Assembly (NCBI GenBank): GCA_031323845.1
Contig: JAVIYP010000004.1
Span: forward strand, 14,512 to 78,511
Reading direction: 5' to 3'
From: Bacteroidales bacterium
GTDB lineage: Bacteria; Bacteroidota; Bacteroidia; Bacteroidales; UBA7960
DNA: 64,000 nt
Under the pieces are notes generated by a model. It was given only the letters and a program-made list of their open reading frames with translations, made no database searches and was not told where the DNA came from. Position numbers and translations under genes: made by a program. Below are positions 48,624 through 57,850 of the stretch, one piece after another; position 1 is the stretch's first letter; the number at the start of each line of letters is the position of its first letter.

Positions 48624-49658
48624 TTAGTAAGGATGTATTCCGCGAAGTTGTTCAGTATCAAAGAGAATTTGGCCACGCAGGAATTCGCTGTTGCGCATCA
48701 TTTCCGAGCCACGCAATACCTCATTCATGTTTAGCACACCCTCGAACGATTGCAACATTTCACTGTCAAGGATACCAAAATGCTGAAGCTGCTCTGCGTC
48801 AAAAAATTGCAAAAACTGGAGCATCCCTGCCTGGTCAAGAAAACCAATACTTAACAATGCTGGATTATCAAGCAGGGCCTGTAATGATGCCTCGCCTAGA
48901 CCGATAATGCTCTGAAGTTCTCCCATATCCAACAACAGCTTGTCCCTGAGTGTTTCCATGTCTAACTGCGCCAGTTCACCGTCTTCATCCATCAATTCTT
49001 TGGCAAGCAGATGTTCGAGCACCGGGCGGTTGTCGTTGACCATGGTACTCATGAGCACGTTGGCAAAAAGCTGATCGTGGGCTTTGGCCAGTTCGGGGTG
49101 TTGCGCGGGAGGGGTTGTGTCAAAGAACCGCTCCACACCCAGCATGAAGTCGAACACCACGCCATTGCGAAACTGGGTTTGCGCCAGGGCATTCCCGGCA
49201 TTGTTCAGCACGGTGCGGATGGCCACCCTGTCTTTGTCTGACAGGTCGGTTATCACAGTCAGGGCTTCCAGTATGCGAAGGCGCGCATTATCAAGAAACT
49301 CAGCGTAATCTTCCAGTCCATTAAGAGTGCGGCGGTTTTTCAGGCGAAAATCAGAGGCATCATAGCCCGCCAGAATCGCGAACCTGATGTCTTCGCCCAT
49401 TTTAATGTTGCTTGCATACTCGTAGGCCAGGTAGTTCCTGTATGCCTCGCGCATATGTTCATCTGACAGCAGTTCGTTGCGTAGTTCGATGTCGGATGCC
49501 GTTACACGTACATTGCGGTATTGGTCAATGCGGCCAATGGTGCCTGCAGCTTCCCTCAGGCTCATGCCCGGATTGGTTAAAGTAAGGCCCACCATAAGTC
49601 CTATGGCAAAACCGATAACAATACTGAATACAACGGCAAGAATTTTTGGAGTTTTCAT
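48624..49658 (-). CDS. Membrane-anchored protein A with ~8-9 hDxEQL C-terminal repeats
   Basis: N-terminal TM, EAAGTIGRIDQYRNVRVT, helical core near-identical to protein B. Confidence 0.9.
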   Translation of the reverse strand: MKTPKILAVVFSIVIGFAIGLMVGLTLTNPGMSLREAAGTIGRIDQYRNVRVTASDIELRNELLSDEHMREAYRNYLAYEYASNIKMGEDIRFAILAGYDASDFRLKNRRTLNGLEDYAEFLDNARLRILEALTVITDLSDKDRVAIRTVLNNAGNALAQTQFRNGVVFDFMLGVERFFDTTPPAQHPELAKAHDQLFANVLMSTMVNDNRPVLEHLLAKELMDEDGELAQLDMETLRDKLLLDMGELQSIIGLGEASLQALLDNPALLSIGFLDQAGMLQFLQFFDAEQLQHFGILDSEMLQSFEGVLNMNEVLRGSEMMRNSEFLRGQILFDTEQLRGIHPY

Positions 49659-49692
49659 AACGGTATGTTTTGATTGGTTGTTCTGGTGATAA

Positions 49693-49717
49693 TACTTACA
49701 AAGATCGCAAAAGTTGG
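49693..49717 (-). promoter_or_regulatory. ECF-type promoter P2: CCAAC-N16-AGTA
   Basis: Revcomp ccaac ttttgcgatctttgta agta, directly after the anti-sigma stop codon. Confidence 0.75.
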
Positions 49718-49718
49718 T

Positions 49719-50474
49719 TTATTGCACAAAAAATTGTCTGTTATAGCTCAATCGTCCTTCCTGTAGCACCTCGAGCACAAATGGGCCGGTGAATCCGGTG
49801 TTTTTGTTAAGTACGATCTGATAATGGGTTTTACCCTGGACACCAAAGCTTATCCGGTCTGCCCGGACTGTTTCGTGCATTTCACGGCCGCTGAGGTACC
49901 GCGCACGTAACAGACGGTATGCTTCCGTGTCGAAAGAAAGGGTCACTTCAATGGGGTCATCGGCGGCTGCCGTTAGCACGAGGATCACCATGTTGTCAAC
50001 CACCATGGGATTTACCTGGACCTGCCAGTCGTCTTGTGCGAACGCCATCTTCTGACCCGACCGGGCGGCCATGGTGCCGGCCATTTCACGTGAGTCGGTA
50101 AGCAGACGACCCGGCTGTACCATCAGCGTAACCACCGAGCCCAGCAATATACCAATGGCCAGCATGGCAGCATAACGCAGGAGCGCCCTGCCCTGAAAAC
50201 GGATCATCAGCGGCAGGCTTTTGCTGTCTGAGCCAAACACGCGTTCACGGTCCTGCCTGATGCGCTCCATTACTGACGGGCTCATATCGGGCACCGCAGG
50301 AGCACGGACAAAATTACGCAGGGATGCATCAAGCTCTTCCATGTCGCGTAAATAGCGCCTGACATCCTCCGATTCAGACAGGATACGGTGCAACGCATCC
50401 AGTTCCTCCCGGCTGATCGTGCCATCGAGCTTCCGGTTCACAAGGACCTCCAGTTCAGATGATATCTTTGACAT
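49719..50474 (-). CDS. Single-pass anti-sigma factor
   Basis: Follows the ECF sigma; N-terminal ASD-like helices (LDGTISREE..LHRIL), one TM, periplasmic beta domain; no HxxxCxxC zinc motif. Confidence 0.8.
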   Translation of the reverse strand: MSKISSELEVLVNRKLDGTISREELDALHRILSESEDVRRYLRDMEELDASLRNFVRAPAVPDMSPSVMERIRQDRERVFGSDSKSLPLMIRFQGRALLRYAAMLAIGILLGSVVTLMVQPGRLLTDSREMAGTMAARSGQKMAFAQDDWQVQVNPMVVDNMVILVLTAAADDPIEVTLSFDTEAYRLLRARYLSGREMHETVRADRISFGVQGKTHYQIVLNKNTGFTGPFVLEVLQEGRLSYNRQFFVQ

Positions 50475-50541
50475 AGTGTTACTGTGTTTAAACGTTTACT
50501 GCGCAACAGCCGGCTTCTTGCATCCTAGCCCTGTTTATCCT

Positions 50542-51102
50542 TCACGCCCTGCTGCTTTCAAAAAAACCCTGCCGTTCAAGTATGCCCTTTAAGAGTTTGC
50601 GTCCGTCATACAGCCTTGACTTCACTTTCTTTTCAGACAGGTCAAGCACTTCTGCAATTTCCGCATAGGAAAGTTCTTTAAAGTAATGCAGCACAATCAC
50701 TGCCCTGTAATTCTCCCCGAGTTCGCCCATTGCCCTTTGAAGCATCACGTCCCGCTCCTTCTCCATCACTGGCTTGTCAACACTGTCCGGGTTGCGACCG
50801 GCATCTTCAGGTAATCGTTCCAAACGCACAAAGCGCTGTGACTTTTTTATATGACTGATGGCCGTATTGATGGCGATGCGGTAGATCCAGCTGAAAAACT
50901 TACTCCGGTAGTTAAACGTTTCCAACTTTTCATAAGCCTTCACAAACACCTCCTGTGCCAGCTCCTCAGCCTCTTCGTGCTGCTGCAGCATCTGGTACAA
51001 CACATGGTACACTGCAGCCTGGTAATTACGCACCAGCAGCTCGTACTCCTGTATGTTTCCCGCCAGAATGCGCCGGATGACGCTATTTTCGTCGTTTTTC
51101 AT
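50542..51102 (-). CDS. ECF RNA polymerase sigma factor (SigW-like)
   Basis: Region 2 AEELAQEVFVKAY..FFSWIYRIAIN; region 4 LSYAEIAEVL..VKSRL; ATG 51102 preferred to TTG 51108. Confidence 0.95.
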   Translation of the reverse strand: MKNDENSVIRRILAGNIQEYELLVRNYQAAVYHVLYQMLQQHEEAEELAQEVFVKAYEKLETFNYRSKFFSWIYRIAINTAISHIKKSQRFVRLERLPEDAGRNPDSVDKPVMEKERDVMLQRAMGELGENYRAVIVLHYFKELSYAEIAEVLDLSEKKVKSRLYDGRKLLKGILERQGFFESSRA

Positions 51103-51108
51103 TAACAA

Positions 51109-51133
51109 TACGCCGTTGTGGTTAAAAAGTTGG
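51109..51133 (-). promoter_or_regulatory. ECF-type autoregulatory promoter P1: CCAAC-N16-CGTA, probably leaderless
   Basis: Revcomp ccaac tttttaaccacaacgg cgta ttgtta ATG. Confidence 0.8.
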
Positions 51134-51265
51134 TTTTTTGTATTCCTTTTTTCTCCGGGAAACCCAACGTTTGCATTCTTCCCGCCCTGCCGTTGTTTTT
51201 TATTATACCTGTGTTCAGGATGCGTCCTCGTTGCTATCTTCCATAATGAGAGGCTTAGCAGAGAC

Positions 51266-52261
51266 TTAGCTGCTTAACTGGTTTAACTCCCAGAGTTCAC
51301 GATGGTTCATGCGCACCAGTGGCAGCAAGGCCATCTCGCCGGCTTTGCCTATCTGTTTGCGCAGCGCTTTTAGCTCCAGCAGTTTGTTTTTGATATCCGG
51401 CTCAACCAGCACCGGAAACCCGTTTTCCCTGAGCATCAGGTTTCGTTTTGCCTTGATGGACAACTCCAGGTACAGACTGAAAAAACAATACATGTCTACC
51501 AGCGTTTCCGGCTGGAAGTGCTCTTTCAGCGACGCGAGGTAGCGACCGGCCTTGGTGTCTCTGAATTGCCCCTGCCGGATCATGCGCAGCATGTCCACCT
51601 CGTTGCTGAACTCCACCTCAAGCCAGTTCTGGAGGTGGCGCGTGGTGTACATAAACACCACATAAAAAATAAGGGGTAGCAGAATGATGATCAGCAAGGT
51701 CATCAACAAGGGATCAAAAATAAAATGATTGAATGCTGAATGCAGCACCATGGCAACTAACAATCCTAATGCGCTGCCGGTTAAAAGGTTATTGTTGCGT
51801 TGCATCCCCTCAATGAGGATCATCGCAGCTATTGCCACAACACCACCATGCATGATGGCTGTGCCAAACCCCCTGACGATGGCCAGCAACACATTGAAAT
51901 CTGCCCCCAGATGAATATAATACCACAGGTTTTCAGCCAATGCAAAGCCTGTGCCTATGGCAAATCCGTAAATGGCCGCATCGATCATGAAACCGACCCG
52001 CCTGCGTGCCACCAACAGGAGAAGCAGCGAAGCCTTCAGCAACTCTTCAGAAACGGGGGCAATGTATCTTGTGAGCACATCAAAGCCTATGTTGTAAAAT
52101 CCAATTAAAAAGGAATTCACCAAATAAGCCAGTAAAGCTGAAACAACACCCCACGCCAAACACACAGCTAACAACCTTCTTGATACCAGTTTAAAGCTGT
52201 CGAGCAAAAAGAGACATCCCAAAAACAACAATACCGGGAAAAAGCCAAAGGCAATGATCAT
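51266..52261 (-). CDS. prsW: PrsW-family glutamic intramembrane protease
   Basis: Motifs PVSEELLK, GTGFALAEN, AIMHG, LHSAFN; multi-TM. Confidence 0.9.
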   Translation of the reverse strand: MIIAFGFFPVLLFLGCLFLLDSFKLVSRRLLAVCLAWGVVSALLAYLVNSFLIGFYNIGFDVLTRYIAPVSEELLKASLLLLLVARRRVGFMIDAAIYGFAIGTGFALAENLWYYIHLGADFNVLLAIVRGFGTAIMHGGVVAIAAMILIEGMQRNNNLLTGSALGLLVAMVLHSAFNHFIFDPLLMTLLIIILLPLIFYVVFMYTTRHLQNWLEVEFSNEVDMLRMIRQGQFRDTKAGRYLASLKEHFQPETLVDMYCFFSLYLELSIKAKRNLMLRENGFPVLVEPDIKNKLLELKALRKQIGKAGEMALLPLVRMNHRELWELNQLSS

Positions 52262-52757
52262 GCAGTGCGTCAGTTACATGTAACAAATCCGACAGGTAAA
52301 GAACCGGGGCAACCTGCTTTCATTAATGAAAGAGCCCCACGGTCTTCAAAACACGTTTACAGCACCGGTCAGGTTCGTGTATATATACACCAAATATACA
52401 ATAATTTTTTTTTATGCGAAAATACACACAGATGTAAAAGAATTCCAGGGAAGCGAGTTGAATCCTTCTGCTTTAAGTTCATTTGGCAAGTTCTTTGAAT
52501 AAAATGCAACAAGCATCAGTACTTCGCAACAAGACCTCTTAGATTCCGCAGCAGAAAACATCTTTCGTTTTCAGTGCGTACAGCAGGCATGTATGGTTAG
52601 ATTTTTTGCGCTATTATCCGCGGAAATAACAAACCCACAAGCACGCTGTATTAAAAAAAACACCATCAGTATAAAAACAAATATAAGCTGCAAAACCCCG
52701 GAAAATACAAGGTGGTTGTATTACAAAATTTTTCGTGTTTTCAGGTAAAAAAACATA

Positions 52758-52765
52758 TACCTTTG
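52758..52765 (+). promoter_or_regulatory. Housekeeping -7 element TACCTTTG
   Basis: TAnnTTTG match; supports the ATG at 52850 over the GTG at 52712. Confidence 0.55.
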
Positions 52766-52849
52766 CAATCATTTTTTAACAAAGGACATCCAATTGTTTC
52801 TCCGGCACAATCAGCGACCCGGACAGGCCTTATAACAAATCCTGATTGC

Positions 52850-55800
52850 ATGACACATATTGACTACAAAAAAATGATGATGAGCGCAACTTTTGGCGTG
52901 GCTCTTCACAAAACAAACCTGAACAAAGAAGGCAAACCGGTTGACTATACTTTTCTTGAGGCAAACAAGGCTTTTGAAAGCATGACGGGCCTGAAGGCCA
53001 GCAACATCATCAATAAAAAAGTTACCGAAGTACTGCCGGGTATCGAAAACAGTGATTTTAACTGGATAGATTTTTACGGGGAGGTAGCCCTTACCGGAAA
53101 GGCAAAAGATTTTGAACAGTATTCAGAGCCGTTAAAGCGCTGGTACAAGGTGTATGTGTATTCGCCCATGCGCGAATATTTCATTACAATTTTTACCGAT
53201 ACCACCCGTGAGAAGCTTAAGTTTGAGGAAATCGATCGCTTTTTCAGCATCAACCTTGACCTGCTGTGCATTGCCGACACCGACGGAAGTTTCATAAAAG
53301 TAAACAAAGCCTGGGGTGAAGTGCTGGGTTACAAGCCAGAGGATCTGGAAAAGAAGAAGTTCCTGTCGTTTGTACACCCCGACGACATGCAGGCAACGCT
53401 GGATGCCTTGCTGGAGCTGAAAGCAAACAAGCCTGTACTGAACTTCACCAACAGGTACCGGACGAAAGACGGGTCGTATCGCCATATTGAGTGGCGATCG
53501 CATCCATACGGAAACCTTATATATGCAGCGGCAAGGGACATCACGGAGCGTATCGAGGCAGAAACCAGGCTGCGTGAAACACAGAAGCGTCTGGCCGCCG
53601 CGCAGAAATTTGCAATGGTTGGCGCGTGGGAGTATGAGATCAACACGGGCAAATTGTTCTGGTCGAAGGAGTGTGAAGCGCTGTTTGGCCTTAAGGAAGG
53701 TGAGTTTGAAGGTACTTTCGGAGATTTTCTGAAACGGGTGCACCCGGATGACAGGAAGTTGGTAACAGAAACCAATCAGCCCATCACACAGTATTACGAA
53801 GCCAGGCCCCTGGAGTACGAGCATCGCATCATCAGGAAAGACGGTGAAGTGCGCTGGGTCAGGGAGTCGGCAGGTGCTGTAAAAGAATGTTTTGGCAAAC
53901 CCAAAAAAATTGTCGGCTTTGTGATGGACATTACCAGACAAAAAGAAGCCGAACAGAAACTGCAAAAAAGCGAAACCCGCTACCGGGGTCTCATCGAGTC
54001 ACAGAACGATCTGATTGTTAGGGTTGATGCAAGGAACCGGTTTACTTTTGTTAATGACGCCTACTGCGAAACCTTTGGAAAAACCCGCCAGGAGCTGATC
54101 GGCAAATCGTTTACACCCCTGGTGCATAAAGACGACCTGCCAGGCACGCTGGAGGCCATGAAAGACCTCGAAAAGCCACCATACCGGTGCCAGCTGGCGC
54201 AACGAGCCATGACCAAAGACGGCTGGCGGTGGATTCACTGGGAAGACAATGCCATCGTGGATGGCGATGGAAAAATATTGGAGATACAAGGGGTGGGCCG
54301 TGACATCACTGAGTTAAAAAAAGCTGAAGAGAAGCTGAAGATCAATGAGGCCAAGCTCAAAACGCTATTGGCGGAAACACCAGCAGTAGTTTACTCCTAT
54401 AACTTCAAAAACGGCGTTCCCGACATCACCTACGTTAATGAAAACGTAGAAAACATTTTGGGATTCAAACCGCAGCATTTCCTTCACGACTTTGAAACAT
54501 GGGCCTCGTGTGTACATCCCGATGACTTGAAAAACAACGCACACCGCTTCGAGAACATGGAAGAAAAACTGCATGCGGGCCAGGAGGAGTTTTTTGAGTA
54601 CAGGTTCATTGACAAACAGGGGAAATATCACTGGCTTTCTGACAGGCAAAAGGTGCTGGCCGATAACGATGGGAAACTATTTGTGATAGGCGTATGGATT
54701 GACATCACGCAGGATAAGAAAAACCGTGAAGCCATTGAAAACGAAGAAAAACTTCGCCAGATCATTGAAAATATGGATGGTGTGTTCTGGCTGCGGTCGG
54801 CCGACCGGCAGGAAATGCTCTATGTGAGCGATGCTTACGAAGCAATCTTTGGGAAGACGACAGAGAGCCTGAAAAAAAACCCGGCTTCCTTTATGGGAAT
54901 AATACATCCCGATGACAAGGAACGCGTTATGGCTTCCTATAACAACTTTCTTGAAACAGGCACTTTCAATGAAGAATACAGAATCATCAGACCTGATGAC
55001 AAACAGCGTTGGCTTCACTCTAAAGCCTTCCAGGTCAAGAACGAAGAAGGTGAAACCATCCGTTACGCCGGTTTTGTGACAGACATCTCACAGCAGAAAA
55101 AAACATCCGAACAGCTCAGGGAAACCTCCAGGCGATATAAAGCCGTCTTGAAGTACAGCCCCCTATTTGTCAGCGAAATCGATCTTAGCGGACGCTACCT
55201 GTTGGTGAATGAGGCACTGGCGGATTTTATCGGTAAGACAGCAAAAGAAATTACCGGAAAAACATTCAGCCAGGTCCTGAATCCCGAAACCGCATCGTTA
55301 TTTATGCAGCGCATCAAAGAGGTCAAAGCGACAGGTCAGCCGATCACCGTTGAAGACCAGTTCGAAACCGGCAATGGCACCCGATATTTTAGCTCTGTGT
55401 TATTCCCGCTGCTGGGTAAATCAGGAAAAGTTGCTTCCATCGGTTGCATTTCCAAGGACACCACTGATGTCAGGCTCGCCAATGCAGCGCTGACAGAAAG
55501 CGAAGAAAAATTCAGGCAAATTTCAGAAAGCATGGGTGAGGTGTTCTGGTTAAGGTCTGGCGATAATACCAGGATGCTTTACGTAAATCCGGCTTATGAA
55601 AAGGTGTTTGGCAGAAGCTGTGAAAGCCTTTATGCAAACCCCAATTCATTCCTTGATGCCATACATGACGCAGACAGGCCAGCAGTTATTGAAGGCTTTA
55701 AGATATTTGAAGAAACCGGAACCTTTGATATGGAATACCGGATTGTAAGGCCGGATCACGAGGTGAAGTGGTTGAGGGCGCAGACGTTCCCTGTTTATGA

Positions 55801-57040
55801 CAACAAGGGCAATATAATCAGGACTACCGGTGTTGCATCTGACATTTCAAAAAGAAAAGCTACAGAGCTTGCACTCAGCAAATCGAAGGAAAAAGCGGAA
55901 GAGAGCGACCGCCTGAAGTCTGCTTTCCTGGCTACTGTCAGCCACGAGCTGCGTACGCCTCTTAACCATATCCTCGGGTTCAGCGACATACTGAGAAGTG
56001 CATCTGCGGATAAAGACATCACCGAGTATGCATCCATCATCCATAACAGCGGAAGGAAATTTCTGTCGATGATAGAAGACATTTTTGATCTCGCCCTTAC
56101 GGAACAGGGCGCCGTTAAGCTTCGTGAACAAACCTTCAGGATGGCGGATCTTTTTCTTGAAAGCAAAAGCAACCTTGAAGAGTTGCTGTCGGAGTCAGGT
56201 AAAAACGACAGCATTCGGCTCCGGTTCAAACCTGACAGCAGCCTGCTTCAGTCTTATGTTAAAAGCGACAAGTACAAGATCAGCCAGGTGCTCACCAACC
56301 TTTTCAGAAACGCTGTAAAGTTTACACACGAAGGCATTATCGAGTTCGGTTGTTACAGGGGTGAAAATGGCAACCTTATTTTCTATCTGAATGATACCGG
56401 GATAGGTATTCCCCAGGATAAGTTAGACATTATCTTTGACTTCTTCAGGCAGGTGGATGATTCGCACACCAGGCATTTTGAGGGCCTGGGCATCGGGCTG
56501 GCCATTTCAAAAAAAATTGCACAAACGATGTATGGGGAGCTTACGGTCAAATCGGAAGAAGGCAAGGGTTCAACTTTTTATTTTTCAGTGCCTGCACAAT
56601 TCAGCAACCCGGATGAAGGAACAACCACCTATGACAACTGCCCCGACAAAGACACAATACTGCTGAAAGAGAAAACCATTCTGGTTGCCGAAGACGATCC
56701 GGACGCTATGGTTATTGCCGCCATGTTTTTATCGCAGGCCGGGGCAAGCGTTATTAAAGCAAAAAACGGAGCAGAAGCCGTTGATGCTTGTAAAGATAAC
56801 CCGGACATTGACCTGGTGCTCATGGATTTAAAAATGCCGGTAATGGATGGTTTTGAGGCAACGCAAAAAATCAAATCCTTAAGGCCTGCCCTTCCGGTCG
56901 TGGCTCTGACAGCTTATGGGTTGGTCAAAGACAAGGAAAAGGCGCTTGCGGCCGGTTGCGACAGCATCCTCACCAAGCCTTATAACCGGGAACTGCTTTT
57001 ATGCAGTCTGGACAAATTGCTGAACATCAAAGACAACTAA
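52850..57040 (+). CDS. Soluble hybrid sensor kinase, 8 PAS + HisKA/HATPase + REC
   Basis: SHELRTPLNH, DTGIGI, GLGIGL, MDLKMP; repeated PAS/PAC. Confidence 0.95.
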   Translation: MTHIDYKKMMMSATFGVALHKTNLNKEGKPVDYTFLEANKAFESMTGLKASNIINKKVTEVLPGIENSDFNWIDFYGEVALTGKAKDFEQYSEPLKRWYKVYVYSPMREYFITIFTDTTREKLKFEEIDRFFSINLDLLCIADTDGSFIKVNKAWGEVLGYKPEDLEKKKFLSFVHPDDMQATLDALLELKANKPVLNFTNRYRTKDGSYRHIEWRSHPYGNLIYAAARDITERIEAETRLRETQKRLAAAQKFAMVGAWEYEINTGKLFWSKECEALFGLKEGEFEGTFGDFLKRVHPDDRKLVTETNQPITQYYEARPLEYEHRIIRKDGEVRWVRESAGAVKECFGKPKKIVGFVMDITRQKEAEQKLQKSETRYRGLIESQNDLIVRVDARNRFTFVNDAYCETFGKTRQELIGKSFTPLVHKDDLPGTLEAMKDLEKPPYRCQLAQRAMTKDGWRWIHWEDNAIVDGDGKILEIQGVGRDITELKKAEEKLKINEAKLKTLLAETPAVVYSYNFKNGVPDITYVNENVENILGFKPQHFLHDFETWASCVHPDDLKNNAHRFENMEEKLHAGQEEFFEYRFIDKQGKYHWLSDRQKVLADNDGKLFVIGVWIDITQDKKNREAIENEEKLRQIIENMDGVFWLRSADRQEMLYVSDAYEAIFGKTTESLKKNPASFMGIIHPDDKERVMASYNNFLETGTFNEEYRIIRPDDKQRWLHSKAFQVKNEEGETIRYAGFVTDISQQKKTSEQLRETSRRYKAVLKYSPLFVSEIDLSGRYLLVNEALADFIGKTAKEITGKTFSQVLNPETASLFMQRIKEVKATGQPITVEDQFETGNGTRYFSSVLFPLLGKSGKVASIGCISKDTTDVRLANAALTESEEKFRQISESMGEVFWLRSGDNTRMLYVNPAYEKVFGRSCESLYANPNSFLDAIHDADRPAVIEGFKIFEETGTFDMEYRIVRPDHEVKWLRAQTFPVYDNKGNIIRTTGVASDISKRKATELALSKSKEKAEESDRLKSAFLATVSHELRTPLNHILGFSDILRSASADKDITEYASIIHNSGRKFLSMIEDIFDLALTEQGAVKLREQTFRMADLFLESKSNLEELLSESGKNDSIRLRFKPDSSLLQSYVKSDKYKISQVLTNLFRNAVKFTHEGIIEFGCYRGENGNLIFYLNDTGIGIPQDKLDIIFDFFRQVDDSHTRHFEGLGIGLAISKKIAQTMYGELTVKSEEGKGSTFYFSVPAQFSNPDEGTTTYDNCPDKDTILLKEKTILVAEDDPDAMVIAAMFLSQAGASVIKAKNGAEAVDACKDNPDIDLVLMDLKMPVMDGFEATQKIKSLRPALPVVALTAYGLVKDKEKALAAGCDSILTKPYNRELLLCSLDKLLNIKDN

Positions 57041-57091
57041 GCAACAAACGAAATGGGAAACTTTCCGGATTGCCCTGAAGCAGTATAGTAA

Positions 57092-57637
57092 TTACACCGG
57101 CTGTATACCTTTGTGCAGGCACGTCATTTTCAGCAAGCCGCTACAATCACCGGGTATAAGCAGGTGATGATTGCCCAGGGGCTTGTTCACGAAGTTTCTG
57201 GATGTCCTGTTCCGGGAGGGTCAGCTCCAATTGTGTCCGGCAGGCAAATTCGTGCTGCGGACGTTCCTTCCTCCTGCCTTTGGAAACAAAAGCCTTGTCC
57301 AGATCAAACGAGAGCCAGCCGGGCAGCTCCTGCCAGGGATACTCCAGTACGTCAATGCCGAAGCGCTCGCGTGCCATGGTTAAGGGAAAGGCTGAGGCAA
57401 CGAGCCAGTGCGACACCCCGCCGATCAGCCCGGCACGTCTTCCCTGCAGGGCTTTCAGCGCTGTTGCAGCATGTCCGAACTGATGAAAAACATCCTTGTC
57501 GTCATCTATGGATACCAGCAGGGCCTCAATATTGTTCCGGTAAGCCCAGGCTTTCACCTCGGTTGCCGCTGCCTTCCCTGCTGATAAACACCGGCACCGG
57601 CATCAGAAAAAGCTAAAGAACGTACCTTCATATCCAT
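57092..57637 (-). pseudogene. Degraded L-fucose-isomerase-like gene (deletions + frameshifts)
   Basis: Fragments in different frames: MDMKVRSLAF.., AAATEVKAW..GRRAGLIGGVSHWLVAS, FACRTQLEL, and PLGNHHLLIPGD one frame off. Confidence 0.7.
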
Positions 57638-57651
57638 ACAAAAATTTTCAC

Positions 57652-57659
57652 CAAAGATA
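57652..57659 (-). promoter_or_regulatory. Housekeeping -7 element TATCTTTG upstream of the pseudogene
   Basis: Perfect TAnnTTTG 14 nt above the ATG. Confidence 0.55.
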
Positions 57660-57740
57660 CGCCAATGATCCGGGCGAACACAGGAAAATAAGGCAGTGTA
57701 GTCCTAAAAGCTGCTCTCTTATCAAAAATCAGAAGCTTAT

Positions 57741-57748
57741 TATCTTTG
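57741..57748 (+). promoter_or_regulatory. Housekeeping -7 element TATCTTTG facing the P-type ATPase
   Basis: Perfect TAnnTTTG; the composite element lies between it and the ATG. Confidence 0.5.
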
Positions 57749-57850
57749 CAAACAAGGGATGAACCTCCCATGTCGAAGATCCTGATCATTCGGGAATAGA
57801 ATTCTGGACACACAGGGGGATGATTATGTAAGATGGAAGATGGAAGTCAG

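Noticed and set aside
50528-50539. 12-mer gccctgtttatc shared with 43710-43721
   Set aside because: A single short match; plausibly chance
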